A DNA stretch of 64,000 bases from Eledone cirrhosa. Taxonomy: Eukaryota. The notes beneath the pieces are model-generated. The model ran no database searches. It saw only the letters and a list, made by a program, of their open reading frames with translations, and was not told the DNA's origin. The stretch lies in assembly GCA_964016885.1 (NCBI GenBank), contig OZ024740.1:254262001-254326000 (forward strand). Reading direction: 5' to 3'. A program made the position numbers and the translations under genes. Shown here in pieces: positions 25,444 through 46,307 of the stretch (positions are counted from its first letter, which is position 1; every line of letters begins with the position of its first letter).

Positions 25444-25530
25444 ATTGAAAGACTTCGCCAGGTGGTGCTATTAAGTTAGACATGGCCTGGGCCAATACTG
25501 GCCAAAACATTTCAAAGTTATTCAAAGTTA

Positions 25531-25569
25531 TATATATATATATTTACATATATATATATATATATTTAC

Positions 25570-25611
<42 letters not shown>

Positions 25612-25829
25612 TTACATATATATATATATACATACATATATATATATATTTACACATATATATATACATATATATATATATATTTACACATATATATATA
25701 TATATTTACACATATATATATATATATACATATATATATGTACATACATATATATATATATATACATACATATATATATATATATACATACATATATATA
25801 TATATATGTACATACATATATGTACATAC

Positions 25830-25861
<32 letters not shown>

Positions 25862-25862
25862 G

Positions 25863-25904
<42 letters not shown>

Positions 25905-26082
25905 CATACATATATATATGTACATACATATATATATATATGTACATACATATATATATATGTACATACATATATATATGTACATATATATATATATGTA
26001 CAAACATACATACATATCTATATACATATATATGTACATACATATATATATATATATATGTACATATATATATATATATATA
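25531..26082. repeat. (TA)n compound microsatellite
   Basis: Directly visible. Confidence 0.98.
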
Positions 26083-26249
26083 GTATTAAGGGTACTATTT
26101 ATGGTTATGTATGCAATAAAACCTTTGATGGTAATATATTATATATACACAAACCCTAAATAGTGAGAGATAGTCTTTAATTACTATCCTATTACCAGTA
26201 AGTTAAATAGCTCAATGTAATAACATCAGTTGTTATACAGAGCAGTTAT

Positions 26250-26899
26250 ATAGAGATTACAGTAATCAAAGTTCAGTTTAAGTCATTTATTTGCTTACAA
26301 TTGTTTCCTCCAAACCGAGGTTTGGATTCTTCGGAGCAGTTATTTATAACATACTTGACCTCCTTTTCAACCCAAGAGACACATAAAACATATGCGCATA
26401 TTGATCAACAGTGGTGACATTCATCAAATGAAATAGCATGGCAATTTACATATAAAGTGTTACATGATAAAAATAAAATAAAATAAAAGCAAGAGTGAAA
26501 ATAAAGATAAACATGAAGCGTTGGCAGTCTATGAAGATAAAGCAAGAGGAAAGTTTAGAGTAGTCAGTGCATGAAGCAATCTCCCGTGTAGCATGCACGC
26601 TTGTCTTATCTATACATGATTAGAGTGCGTCAGAATGATATTTGTAGGGTCAGGTAGTTGAAGCAGGCAATCGATCTTATAATATAGGCTGAATTATTAA
26701 GTCATTTATTCTCATACATCTGTATGATATACAGTCTCGGATGCGGGGAAACACCAAAATATCAAAAACCTTCAACATACTATAAACCTTACTGACCCTG
26801 CAAATATCATTCTGACGCACTCTAATCATGTATAGATAAGACAAGCGTGCATGCTACACGGGACATTGCTTCATGCACTGACTACTCTAAGCTTTCCTC
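26250..26899 (-). mobile_element. Penelope-like 3' region, family 3, with a ~110-bp inverted duplication (26545-26653 versus 26791-26899)
   Basis: Homologous to 14231-14770; inverted segment visible directly. Confidence 0.6.
26292..26338 (-). ncRNA. Minimal hammerhead-like motif, family 3
   Basis: ugcu CCGAAGA a UCCAAAC-cucg-GUUUGGA g GAAA CAAUUG UA agca. Confidence 0.6.
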
Positions 26900-29322
<2,423 letters not shown>

Positions 29323-29323
<1 letters not shown>

Positions 29324-31999
29324 CAAAAGCCTTCCCTAGTGAGGAATGTACATCCCAACATAGCTTAGTTGTCAGCGACCTCACGGTCAGAACTAGACGA
29401 GCCCTGAAACAGAGGCCAACCTGGAGAAGAAAGATCTGGAAGCTGAAAGTCCCCTCAACCAGTAACAGATTTAAAGATATTTTACTCAACGCCTACGACA
29501 GTAAAGAAGAACAGATAGAGACATTTAACGTAGAAGAGAACTGGGAGTTCCTAAAAAATAACTTACTAGAGGCGACGGATGAGGTTTGTGGCTGGAGTAA
29601 GACCTCAAGCAGGAGGAGAGTGACTTGGTGGTGGAACAATAAGGTAGATGAAGCAGTCAAGGCCAAGAGACAGGCATGGAAAGAATGGAAGAACGGGGGA
29701 GCAGGGTACATTACATAGAGACCAAGAGGGAAGCTAGGCGACAAGTATACTTAGCTAGGAGGGAAGCAGAGGATAGAAAATTCAAGCATGTTTTACAACG
29801 TGAGGACCAGAAACAGGAGGTATTCAAGATTGCGAGGCAGTGTGTCAGAGATAGTTGTGATGTCATTGGAGAGAAGTGTATCCGGAATGATAAAGGTGAG
29901 CTTGCCCTCACAAGTGCTGAGAAGAAAGATGCATGGAAGAGTCATTATGATAGATTACTAAATGAGGAGAATGCATGGGAAGAAGAGACCCTACCCACGT
30001 AGACCCTATAGAGGGACCAGCAGTACAAGTCAGCGGCAGCGTAGTAAGTAAGACAATCAGAGATATGAAGATAGGGAAGGCAACCGGTCCATCGGGTATA
30101 GCTGCCGAGATGCTGAAGGCATCTGGGTCTGTAGGCCACACTATAACCACACGTATCGTTAACCAGGTAATACTAGAGGGGGCCATACCAAAAGATTGGT
30201 GCAGTAGCATCATTGTCAACTGCTACAAAGGTAAAGGCGATGCACTAGATAGAGGAAACTATAGAGGTATAAAGTTGATGGACCAGGTCATGAAAGTAAC
30301 AGAAAGAGTTATAGCACAGCTGATTAGGGACCGGGTGAATATAGACGAGATGCAATTTGGGTTTGTTCCAGGGAAGGGCACCACTGATGCGCTCTTCCTT
30401 GTGAGGCAATTACAGGAAAAGTACCTAGCTAAAAGTAAGCCACTCTACTTGGCATTTGTCGACCTTGAGAAAGCCTTTGACAGAGTTCCACGTGCAGTAA
30501 TCTGGTGGGCTCTTAGAAAACTAGGAGTAGATGAATGGCTTGTGAAAGCGGTACAAGCCATGTATAGGGGAGCAGTCAGCAAAGTTAGGATTGGCAATGA
30601 GTATAGCGAGGAATTTAGCGTACAGGTTGGGGTCCACCAGGGCTCTGTTCTTAGCCCTCTCCTGTTCATCATAGTCCTGCAGGCAATAACGGAGGAGTTT
30701 AAGACCGGATGCCCATGGGAACTCCTGTATGCTGATGACCTCGCACTCATAGCTGAATCTATGGTAGAACTAGAGAATAAATTCCAAACCTGGAAGCAGG
30801 GACTAGAGAGAAAGGGCCTCAAAGTCAACATGACAAAGACTAAGGTCCTTATAAGTAGACGAGAAAACAGAACCCAGATCCCCTCAGGGAAATGGCCTTG
30901 CTCAGTATGTAGGAAAGGTGTAGGTAGGAACTCCATTCTTTGCCCCAAATGCAAACAATGGGTACACAAGAGATGTAGCGGGATCTCAGGAAGCTTAATT
31001 AAGAATGTAGGATTCACATGCAGCAGCTGTGCTGAAACAGCAAGCAAACAGCCACAGGAAACAAGTACCACCAATCTCTGGGAGGGCCCTGTAGAAACAG
31101 TAGACAGCTTCTGCTACCTAGGTGACCGAATTAGCAACGGAGGTGGGTGCTCAGAAAGTACAATAACTAGGGTAAGAACGGGATGGAAGAAGTTTAGGGA
31201 ACTACTACCACTGCTAGCTGCAAAAGGCTTCTCCCTCAGAATGAAAGGCAGACTGTATGATGCGTGTATCCGAACAGCGATGTTGCATGGTAGTGAGACC
31301 TGGGCGCTGAAGGTGGAAGACTTACGTAGATTAGAGAGAAACGAAGCCTGCATGCTCCGATGGATGTGTAACAGTAATATACGTGAACGACAAAGCATAA
31401 ATGAATTGAGAGAGAGACTGAGCATAAGAGGAATCAAATGCTGCGTGCAGGAGAGGCGGTTACGCTGGTATGGACATGTGATGCGTATGAAGGATGACAG
31501 CTGCATAAAAAGGTGCAGAGCACTAGAAGTTGATGGAAACCGCGGAGTGGGGAGACCCAAGATGACTTGGGATGAGGTGATAAAAGCCGACCTTACCCAA
31601 CTACACCTCTCAAAGTCAATGACACACGACCGTGACTTCTGGCGTCACGCAGTAATACCGGGTACCCGACCTCCCATGGGTACATGCTGAAGCATATAAA
31701 CAATATGCCCCCCCCCCCCCCCACCGCAAGGTGGTCGTGGAGGTGCCACGGCAAAAAAGCACCCAGCCCACACTGTAAAGTGGACGTGTAGGCGCCACGA
31801 AAAAGCACCCAGCACTCACTGTAAATGAGGTTGGTGTTAGGAAGGGCATCCAGCTGTAGAAATCAAGCCAGATCAGTTCCTGTATGAGCAAGGCATGGTC
31901 AGCCGACCAGACACTGCTCACAACAGGACAACCCGTCTAACCCATGCTAGCGTGGAAGAACGGACGTAAAACGGTGATGATGATGATGATGATGATGAT
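29323..31999 (+). mobile_element. 5'-truncated RTE family A copy
   Basis: Near-identical to 54691-57371; two single-base deletions in homopolymers (~29695, ~29994); RT ORF 29975-31690; (GAT)n tail. Confidence 0.97.
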
Positions 32000-33998
<1,999 letters not shown>

Positions 33999-34049
33999 AA
34001 ATATTAAACAAATAATGAACAAACAATTCCTTATATTAAACAAAAAAAG

Positions 34050-34204
34050 TTCACTATTTAACGATCGTTTCTAGGGTATATATGTGTTATAATTGGTATG
34101 CATATTTAACAGATCTATGTACAAAATTATACAAGATTATACAAATTATCAAGATTAAATATACATACCTAACTCATATATACGCCGTCTTCAGAAATAA
34201 TGAA
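34050..34204 (-). ncRNA. Type I hammerhead-like motif with greatly extended stem II, family 4
   Basis: uucauuauuu CUGAAGA [~120-nt hairpin] GAAA CGAUCG UU aaauagugaa. Confidence 0.7.
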
Positions 34205-34779
34205 GTATATTTATTGATAATAACAACAATTCAAAATATCAGTTCAAAATTGACCAATGAAAACACAAAGGGTTAAAAGCAGTTTGGTGTGTGTATATAC
34301 ATGTAAAAACCTTACACATATTTTACAATAATGTGTGTATAATTTGTATGTGCATACTAAAAAGATGGATGCAAACACAAAATTTCAAGGTTAATATCTC
34401 TGTAAGCTTAATGCGCTGATAAGATACGCAATGATACTTATGGAGTCAAGCATATAAATATATATTTTTTTTCATACTCACACATATCAGTATAATCACA
34501 CATACATGTGCGTATATGCATAAATATACACATAACCACGAACATACAAACACACACACTCACCCACTCACATTTATATATGTGGATATAAAATCATAAG
34601 CAAATAGAAATTAAGTCACTCACATAAAACACTGGCACACACATTTTTCAAGATCAAGATACAGAAATTAGGTGGGAGGGGGGGGGGAGGGGTCAGTATT
34701 AGATTGTCAGACCAGACTGCCTAATATAAATGTATCTATAAATTAAGAAAAATAAAAAAAATAAAAACAATAATAAATA

Positions 34780-37742
<2,963 letters not shown>

Positions 37743-38049
37743 ACAATCTTGCAGTTTTGCTTTTTGTTAAATCGCTTGTTAAACATTCATAACCTTCCAG
37801 CTCCTCAATTCCTTAATTCTATCGTATTCTCAAACAAAAAACAAAATCCTTCCCATTCTACTTCTTATAAATTACTTTAAATATATATATTATGCTACTT
37901 GAAAGTCAAAAAATCCGCTCTACGCCCTCACCCTCCAGCTACTCCACGAGGGGCTGCGGTCAGCCACAATCTCTCTCCCCCTTCCCCTCTCTCTTTCTTC
38001 CCTTTCCCCTCTCTCTCTCTTCCCCTTCCCCTCTCTCTCTCTCTTAGCT

Positions 38050-38106
<57 letters not shown>

Positions 38107-41100
38107 ATAAGTTCTCCTTCATGTTTATTCACTTTCGCCAATCCATCGCTGCTTCAACTATTCCTACTACGGTGTACCATGTAAATCGTAAAGTACAAAT
38201 TTTTCTCTATCCAACGCTCAATTTCGTACATAGTCCAAACATCCAATCTCGCAAAATCCGAAATCTGTATTTTTTGTTATCTATTTAAGGTTTAAATACG
38301 GTGTTTTTGTCGTATTGAACAGAACAAATCTTGCAGTTTTGCTTTTTGTTAAATCGCTTGTTAAACATTCATAACCTTCCAGCTAGCTACCCCACACCCC
38401 TCCCACCCGCCCCCACACACCACCATTCTTAATACGTGGACCAATCATAAGCCAGAGCCCCCCCCCTCACGCATCACCATTATTATTATAAGCCAGACCC
38501 CCCCCCCCACGCATCACCATTATTATTATTACGCGGACCAATCATAAGCCAGAGGCCTATACTATCGCTTGCCCGGTTGCCTTCGATATATGATGGAGGG
38601 ATGGATGGACGGACTGCGGAATCCTGGAGAGTGGAAGGGAGAGAAAAATCTGGACGCTCAGAGCGAAAATGCCAAAGTTAAAGTCAAATTCACCGCGTGG
38701 ACGAGAATGCGAGCACTCCTCTTTGTTTCGTCCGCGGATGGCTAACATAACCCTATCTCCCCCCGCCCCCCACCCTCCAAACGCAACCCAAAACTTCAGA
38801 GTTGGTACCATAAATGTAGGCACCCTAAAGGGTCGCGCTAACGAGGTTGTAGAAATGCTTGAACGTAAGGAGGTCGATGTTTGTTGTATTCAGAGACCAG
38901 GTGGAGGGTGGGTCTGCTAGATTCATTGAGGGTAAAAAACGATGTTATAAGCTTTTCTGGGTGGGAAACGACGATGGGCTGGGTGGAGTAGGAATCATGG
39001 TAGCAGAAAAGTGGGCAGATAAGATAATAGACGTAAATAGAGTGAACGACAGAATAATTAAAATACGACTTGTCCTCAATAGAACTACGGTGACAGTAAT
39101 ATCTGCGTACGCACCCCAATCCGGACTGCCCGGCACTATAAAAGACAGATTCTATGAGACACTGTTGCTAACTACCTCCCAACTATCTGACAGTGACTAT
39201 ATAATTATTGCAGGCGACCTAAATGGTCACGTTGGACAACATTGTGACGGCTACGACGAAATCCATGGAGGCTATGGGTTTGGTACTAGAAATGAGGAAG
39301 GCTCCAGAATCCTGTGATGCAAATAACCTAACTATCTGTAACACTAACTTCAAAAAACGTGACAATCACCTGATCACCTATAGATCCGGGGAACACACAA
39401 GCCAGGTAGATTATACCCTTACCAGAAGACGTGACAGAGTGTCTGTTGTAAACACTAAATCCCTCCCCCATGAAGAATGCACCTCCCAACATAGACTGAT
39501 AATTAGCGACCTCATAGTCAGGACGAGACGTACTCGACAGCAGAAGAGGACTATCCTCAGGAGGAAAATATGGAAACTAAAGGACCCCACAGCCAGAAAT
39601 AAATTTCAAAGCAAATTACTTGATGCTTTCGACAGTAAGGAAGAGCATCTAGAATCGGACAATATAGAGGGACAGTGGGAATTTCTGAAAGCAAACCTGC
39701 TGTTGGCGACAGACGAAGTCTGTGGCTGGAGCAGGCCTGTAGGCAGGAGGAGAGTAACATGGTGGTGGAACAGTAGGCCAAAAAGCAGGCTTGGAAAGTA
39801 TGGCGGGATGGGGGAAGTAGAGTAGACTATCAAGTGGCCAGGAGGGAAGCTAGGAGAGAAGTGTATTTAGCAAGAAGGGAAGCTGAGGAAAGAAAGTTCA
39901 AGCATGTTCTACAACGCGATGACCAAAAACGTGAGGTGTTCAGGATTGCTAGGCAATGCGTCAAGGAAAACCGTGATATTGTCGGGGAGAAGTGTGTACT
40001 TAACGATGATGGCATACTTGCCATCACCGACACTGATAAGAAGGTAGCTTGAAAGTGTCACTATGAAAGGCTACTAAATGAGAAGAATAAATGGGAGAAA
40101 GACAGTCTCCCCCATATCGACCCAATAGAGGGACCAGCAGTGTTAGTCGAGGGGAGTATAATAAGTAAGGCAATCAAGGATATGAAGACGGGTAAGGCGG
40201 CTGGGCCTTCGGAAATAGTTGCTGAGATGCTGAAGGCATCTGGCACGGTGGGACACACCATGGTCACCCGCATAGTTAACCAAGTCGTACAGAATGGGGT
40301 TGTTCCGAAGGACTGGCATAGCAGCATCATCGTTAACTGTTATAATGGTAAAGGAGACGCCCTAGATAGGAGTAACTATAGAGGCATTAAATTAATCGAC
40401 CAGGTCATGAAGGTCACGGAAAAAGTAATAGCGCAACTAATCAGAGAGAGAATTGACCTAGATGAAATGCAGTTCGGGTTTGTGTCAGGCAAAAGCACCA
40501 CAGGCGCTCTTTTCATAGTACGACAACTACAGGAGAAGTACCTAGCTAAAGGTAAACCCCTCTACTTAGCTTTTGTCGACCTGGAGAAAGCCTTCGACAG
40601 AGTCCCCCGCTCCATTATCTGGTGGGCTCTTAGAAAACTAGGCGTTGACGAATGGCTTGTGAGGGCTATACAAGCCATGTATAAAGAAACAGTCAACAAG
40701 GTTAGAATTAACAACGAATATAGTGAAGAGTTTAGCGTAAAAGTTGGCGTCCATCAGGGCTCTGTTCTCAGCCCACTACTATTTATTATTGCCCTTCAGG
40801 CTATAACAGAGGAGTTCAAGACAGGCTGCCCATGGGAACTCCTATACGCAGACGACCTGACACTCATAGCGGAATCAATGGCCGAGCTAGAGAAGAAATT
40901 CCAAACATGGAAGCACGGCCTAGAGTCAAAAGGACTTAAAATTAACCTGGCTAAGACCAAAGTTCTAGTTTGTAGGAAAGAAAACAAGGCGGCGGTCCCT
41001 TCTGGGAAATGGTCGTGCTCGGTGTGTAGGAAAGGCGTAGGTAGAAACTCCATTTTATGTCCTAAATGCAAAGTATGGGTGCATAAAAGATGTAGTGGGA

Positions 41101-42166
41101 TCACAGGTAAGCTAACTAAGAACATAGATTTTACATGTGGCCGGTGTTCTGGTGCAATAAGTAGCAGCAAGTGCCCACAAAATACTAGCTCCTTCAATTG
41201 CGCAGAGGGTTCTATAGAAATAGTGGACAGCTTCCGTTACCTGGGCGATAAAATCAGCAGTGGGGGAGGGTGCTCTGAAAGTACTGTAGCTAGAGTCAGA
41301 ACTGGTTGGAAAAAGTTCAGAGAGCTTATACCACTATTAGCTGCTAAAGGGTTCTCCCTAAAAATGAAAGGCAGGTTGTACGATGCCTGCATACGAACAG
41401 CAATGTTGCATGGTAGTGAGACCTGGGCATTGTGTGCAGAGGATATACGCAGACTAGAGAGGAACGAAGCTTGCATGCTCCGCTGGATGTGTAACAGTAA
41501 TAATATACGTGAACGGCAAAGCATAAACGAACTAAGGAAAAAATTAGAGATAAGAGGGATCAGATGTTGTTTACTCGAGAGAAGGCTGCGTTGGTATGGA
41601 CACGTGATGCGCATGAAAGTCGATAGCTGTATAACAAAGTGCAGGGCAATAAAGATAGACGGTAGCCACGGAATAGGCAGACCTAGAAAAACATGGGATG
41701 AGCTGATAAACTCCAACCTCACACACTTACACCTCTCCAAGACAATGTCACTGGACCGAGACCTTTGGCGGTACTCAGTAACAGAGAAGACCCGCCTTGC
41801 CAGTAGGCATCTCTAACAAAATACACCCCGTCCCGCCACCACCCCCACCCCATCCACACCACCCCGTTCTATGTAAAGTTATGTTGGTGCCGCGCCATCC
41901 AGGCCGAAACAAATGAGATCGTGTAGGTGTCACGACAAAAAAAAACACAGTCCACGCTGTAATGTGGCCGTGTAGGCAACACGGTAAAAACCTCCCAGAC
42001 CCACACTGTAAATGTGGTTGGTGTTAGGAAGGGCATCCAACTGTAGAAAACCTGCCAGACAGTCCTATGCGAGCAAGACAATCACTCTTGCCTCAAGTGG
42101 GACTACCCCCGTCCAAACCCATGCAAGCATGGAACACGGACGTTAAACGTTGATGATGATGATGAT
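37743..42166 (+). mobile_element. Near full-length RTE family B LINE, EN region disrupted
   Basis: GTINVGTLKG, SAYAPQ, GDLNGH in broken frames; RT ORF 40140-41816 (VDLEKAFDRV, HQGSVLSP, LYADD, C4HC3 finger); (GAT)n tail. Confidence 0.95.
38391..38556 (+). promoter_or_regulatory. Candidate internal Pol II promoter of RTE-B (CACCC/GC boxes and two GGACCAATCA)
   Basis: cccacccgcccccacacaccaccat...ggaccaatcataagccag; similar blocks at 53705-53760 and 58900-58962. Confidence 0.45.
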
Positions 42167-43325
<1,159 letters not shown>

Positions 43326-43522
43326 TAGATAAATCTACCAAGAGTTTACGGTAGTGTCCAATCCGTATGAAGAACTCAATGTAATCCGGATATCATGGAA
43401 AGAAGAGATGCAATGAAATATCACTTTCGGTGAAAGATAAACGGAATACAGAGTCAAGATAAAATATTAAAAAAAATAATGAATAAAACAATGAAACAGT
43501 TCCTTATATTAAACAAAAAAAG

Positions 43523-43676
43523 TTCATTATTTAACGATCGTTTCTAGGATATATATGTGTTAGAATTGGCATGCATATTCAACAGATCTATGTACAAAAT
43601 TATACAAAATTATACAAACTATCAAAATTAAATATACATACCAACACATATATATGCCGTCTTCAGAAATAATGAA
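43523..43676 (-). ncRNA. Type I hammerhead-like motif with extended stem II, family 4, second copy
   Basis: Perfect 10-bp stem I uucauuauuu/aaauaaugaa; CUGAAGA; GAAA CGAUCG UU. Confidence 0.7.
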
Positions 43677-43948
43677 ATATTTAATATTTTATACATATAT
43701 ATATACATATATATACATATACATTTAAATAGAACTTTTGCATATATATATATATATATGTGTATATGTATGTATATATACATATACATATACATACATA
43801 TACACATATATATATATATATATGCAAAAGTTCTATTTAAATTGATGGGATACAACAAGCAAATATTTTTATAACTGATATAAAGCACTCGACAAGTATT
43901 TGGAGTAAATATACGATATTAACAAATGGAAACTATATTTATAAAACC

Positions 43949-44024
43949 ATATCTATTTTATTATACATATTTCAAGGATACCATGTTAAATTATGGTATG
44001 CTTTCATCAGACAAAATACAATAT
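43949..44024 (-). ncRNA. Type I hammerhead-like motif, family 1, inside repeat copy 43823-44090
   Basis: CUGAUGA AAG-c-AUACCA...UGGUAU-c-CUU GAAA UAUGUAUA auaaaaua. Confidence 0.75.
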
Positions 44025-44129
44025 ATACCAGTTTTATAAATAAACATTGACGTACCCTTTCAAAATGCAACCGTTACTTTTGGAAGACATCAAGGATAGT
44101 GGATTTGTTTATTTTAGTAAGTCGTTGTG

Positions 44130-44385
44130 TTAAGGAGAAGGAAAAAGACGGAGAGAGAGAAAAAACCGAGAGAGAGAAAAGTGGAGAAAGAAAGGGAGAG
44201 ATAAATAAAGAAGAAAAAAAAGAAAGATAAAAGAAAAAAAGAAAAAAGAAAAAAAAAGAAAGATAAAAGAAAAAAAGAAAAAAGAAAAAAGAAAACAGAG
44301 AAAAACAAGAGAGAGATATCAAACCACCAGACAGAGAAAAAATCAAGAGAGAGAAATATAGAGATAGAGAGAAGGGGAGAGAACG
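44130..44385 (+). repeat. Polypurine (GA/AAAG) tract
   Basis: Directly visible. Confidence 0.9.
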
Positions 44386-45521
44386 AAAACCTTAAGTCAT
44401 GTCATATTAAGTTAAGTTAACAATTGAGATGAAATGAATAAATAAAATTAGAAATATTAATATTCATGAATGGAATATACATATATAATATGAGAAATTA
44501 ATCAATGTTTAACTATAATTAGATATTTAGTTTAAAAATTGAGATCAATATATTAAAAATTGGAATTTAAACATTACGAAATATATATATTGCTAAAGAA
44601 ATTACCTATCATATAGCACGTACATATACGCAAAAATACACATAAATATATATATACACACACACTCAGAAAATACACATTATATCTACTCCCGCATATA
44701 ATATATACATACAAAGCATAAATGATTTTTGTTATTATTATTATTAATGTTATACATCCCTTGTGTTATTAAATACAAATTTTTAGTATATATATATAAA
44801 TATATAGGATTAACTTTCATGTATTTATGGCTGTTAAATTATGCCTATCTGCAATCAAATTGTATGGGTACACATGTACATGTACACACACAATTCTTAC
44901 ATATACATATATAAACATGTGTGTGCATCCTCACCCAATTGGTAGACACACATCACTCATGCATATATACAGACATATATTCATAAAAATGCATATAACA
45001 CATGTATATGTATGTTAATACACACACATACATACATAGTCGTATAGAGATAAGTATACATCGATATATTACATAGTATAATTGAGTACATAAAATACAA
45101 AAGGATTATATTTTGGAAATATAATTATATCAATATAACTTAAAAACTAAAGAATTCTACAAATATCAAAATATTAAAATATTTTAAAATATTATAAATA
45201 TTTTAAGTTAAAATAATATGTTTAATAGATTTAGTATAGAAATTTATCTTACGTATATTTTACTCAAGATATTGAAAGGATAAACTTTTCTAGAATAGTT
45301 TATTATATTTATATTTAGGAAGAAAATTTATGTATACTTGAGTACTTAACCAAATAAAATGAAAAAGGTGAAGGAATCTAATGATTTATCAACAGGTTTC
45401 ATATATTAACCAAATTACTTAATTAATTATACTACATTTTAAATTTATATTTAAACGTTGAGTTCAATCTATGTCTGCAGCAACTGAATAAATTATTCCT
45501 TAAATTAATCGAATAATTAAG

Positions 45522-46307
45522 CTTAGATTAGTTGTAGGTAGGAGACTACTGACAATCATCTCGGCCTATGCTCCCCAAGCAGGCCTAGGCAAAGATGAGA
45601 AAGACTGCTTTTATGAGCAACTTTTGCAAACCACCGCAATGACAGAGGACGGAGACATCGTTATGCTAGCAGGAGACTTCAATGGTCATGTTGGACAGCT
45701 CCAGGATGGTTACACTGGGGTACATGGTGGGCACGATTAAGGTTCAAAAAATGAAGAAGGAGTGAGACTTCTTGAATTTTGTGATGCAGGTACATTGACT
45801 ATTTGCAACACAAACTTCCAGAAACCTGCCAATCACCTAATAACCTACAAATCTGGTGAGCACATAAGCCAGATTGACTTCTTACTAGTTAGGCAGCGGG
45901 ACAGGCAGATAGTGTCTAATACCAAGGCATACCCTGGGGAAGAATGTACCCCACAGCATAGGTTAGTTGTTAGTGATATCTCAGTAAGCAAGAGATGGAA
46001 TGAGACATATAGGAAGGTGTGGAGAAGAAAGGTCTGGAAGCTAAAAGACCTTTCACTAAAATACAAATTTAGGAAAGCCCTTCAAGATGTATATGACGAA
46101 AAAGAAGACGATTTAGAGATGTATGACATAGATAATAACTGGAATTTCTTACGTGACAACTTGCTGCATGCAGGCTACTGATGAAACTTGTGGCTGGAAC
46201 AGAGCTCCAACCAGACAGAGAGTGACCTGGTGGTGGAACAGCACAGTAGATAAGGCTATTAGAGACAAAAGACTAGCATGGAAGGCTTGGAAAAAGGGTG
46301 GGAGTAG
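45522..46307 (+). mobile_element. Older RTE endonuclease fragment, interrupted at 46307 by a Penelope-like element
   Basis: ISAYAPQ, GDFNGHVG, LLEFCD, CTPQH, VTWWWN. Confidence 0.9.

Larger units (their letters stand above)
20811..25530 (+). mobile_element. Apparently full-length CR1/L2-group LINE
   Basis: 5'UTR with ~50-bp tandem duplication, ORF1, ORF2, short 3'UTR and (TTCAAAGTTA)2 tail. The rare variant tatatttacata occurs on both flanks (TSD-like). Confidence 0.9.

Noticed and set aside
30445-31560. Antisense ORFs (209 and 148 aa) repeated in RTE copies
   Set aside because: Shadows of the RT frame; they recur because the copies are closely related.
43350-43450. tccgt-ATGAAGA...GAAA...acgga hammerhead-like stretch
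   Set aside because: C3 is missing, stem II and the UH site are unconvincing, and it is single copy.
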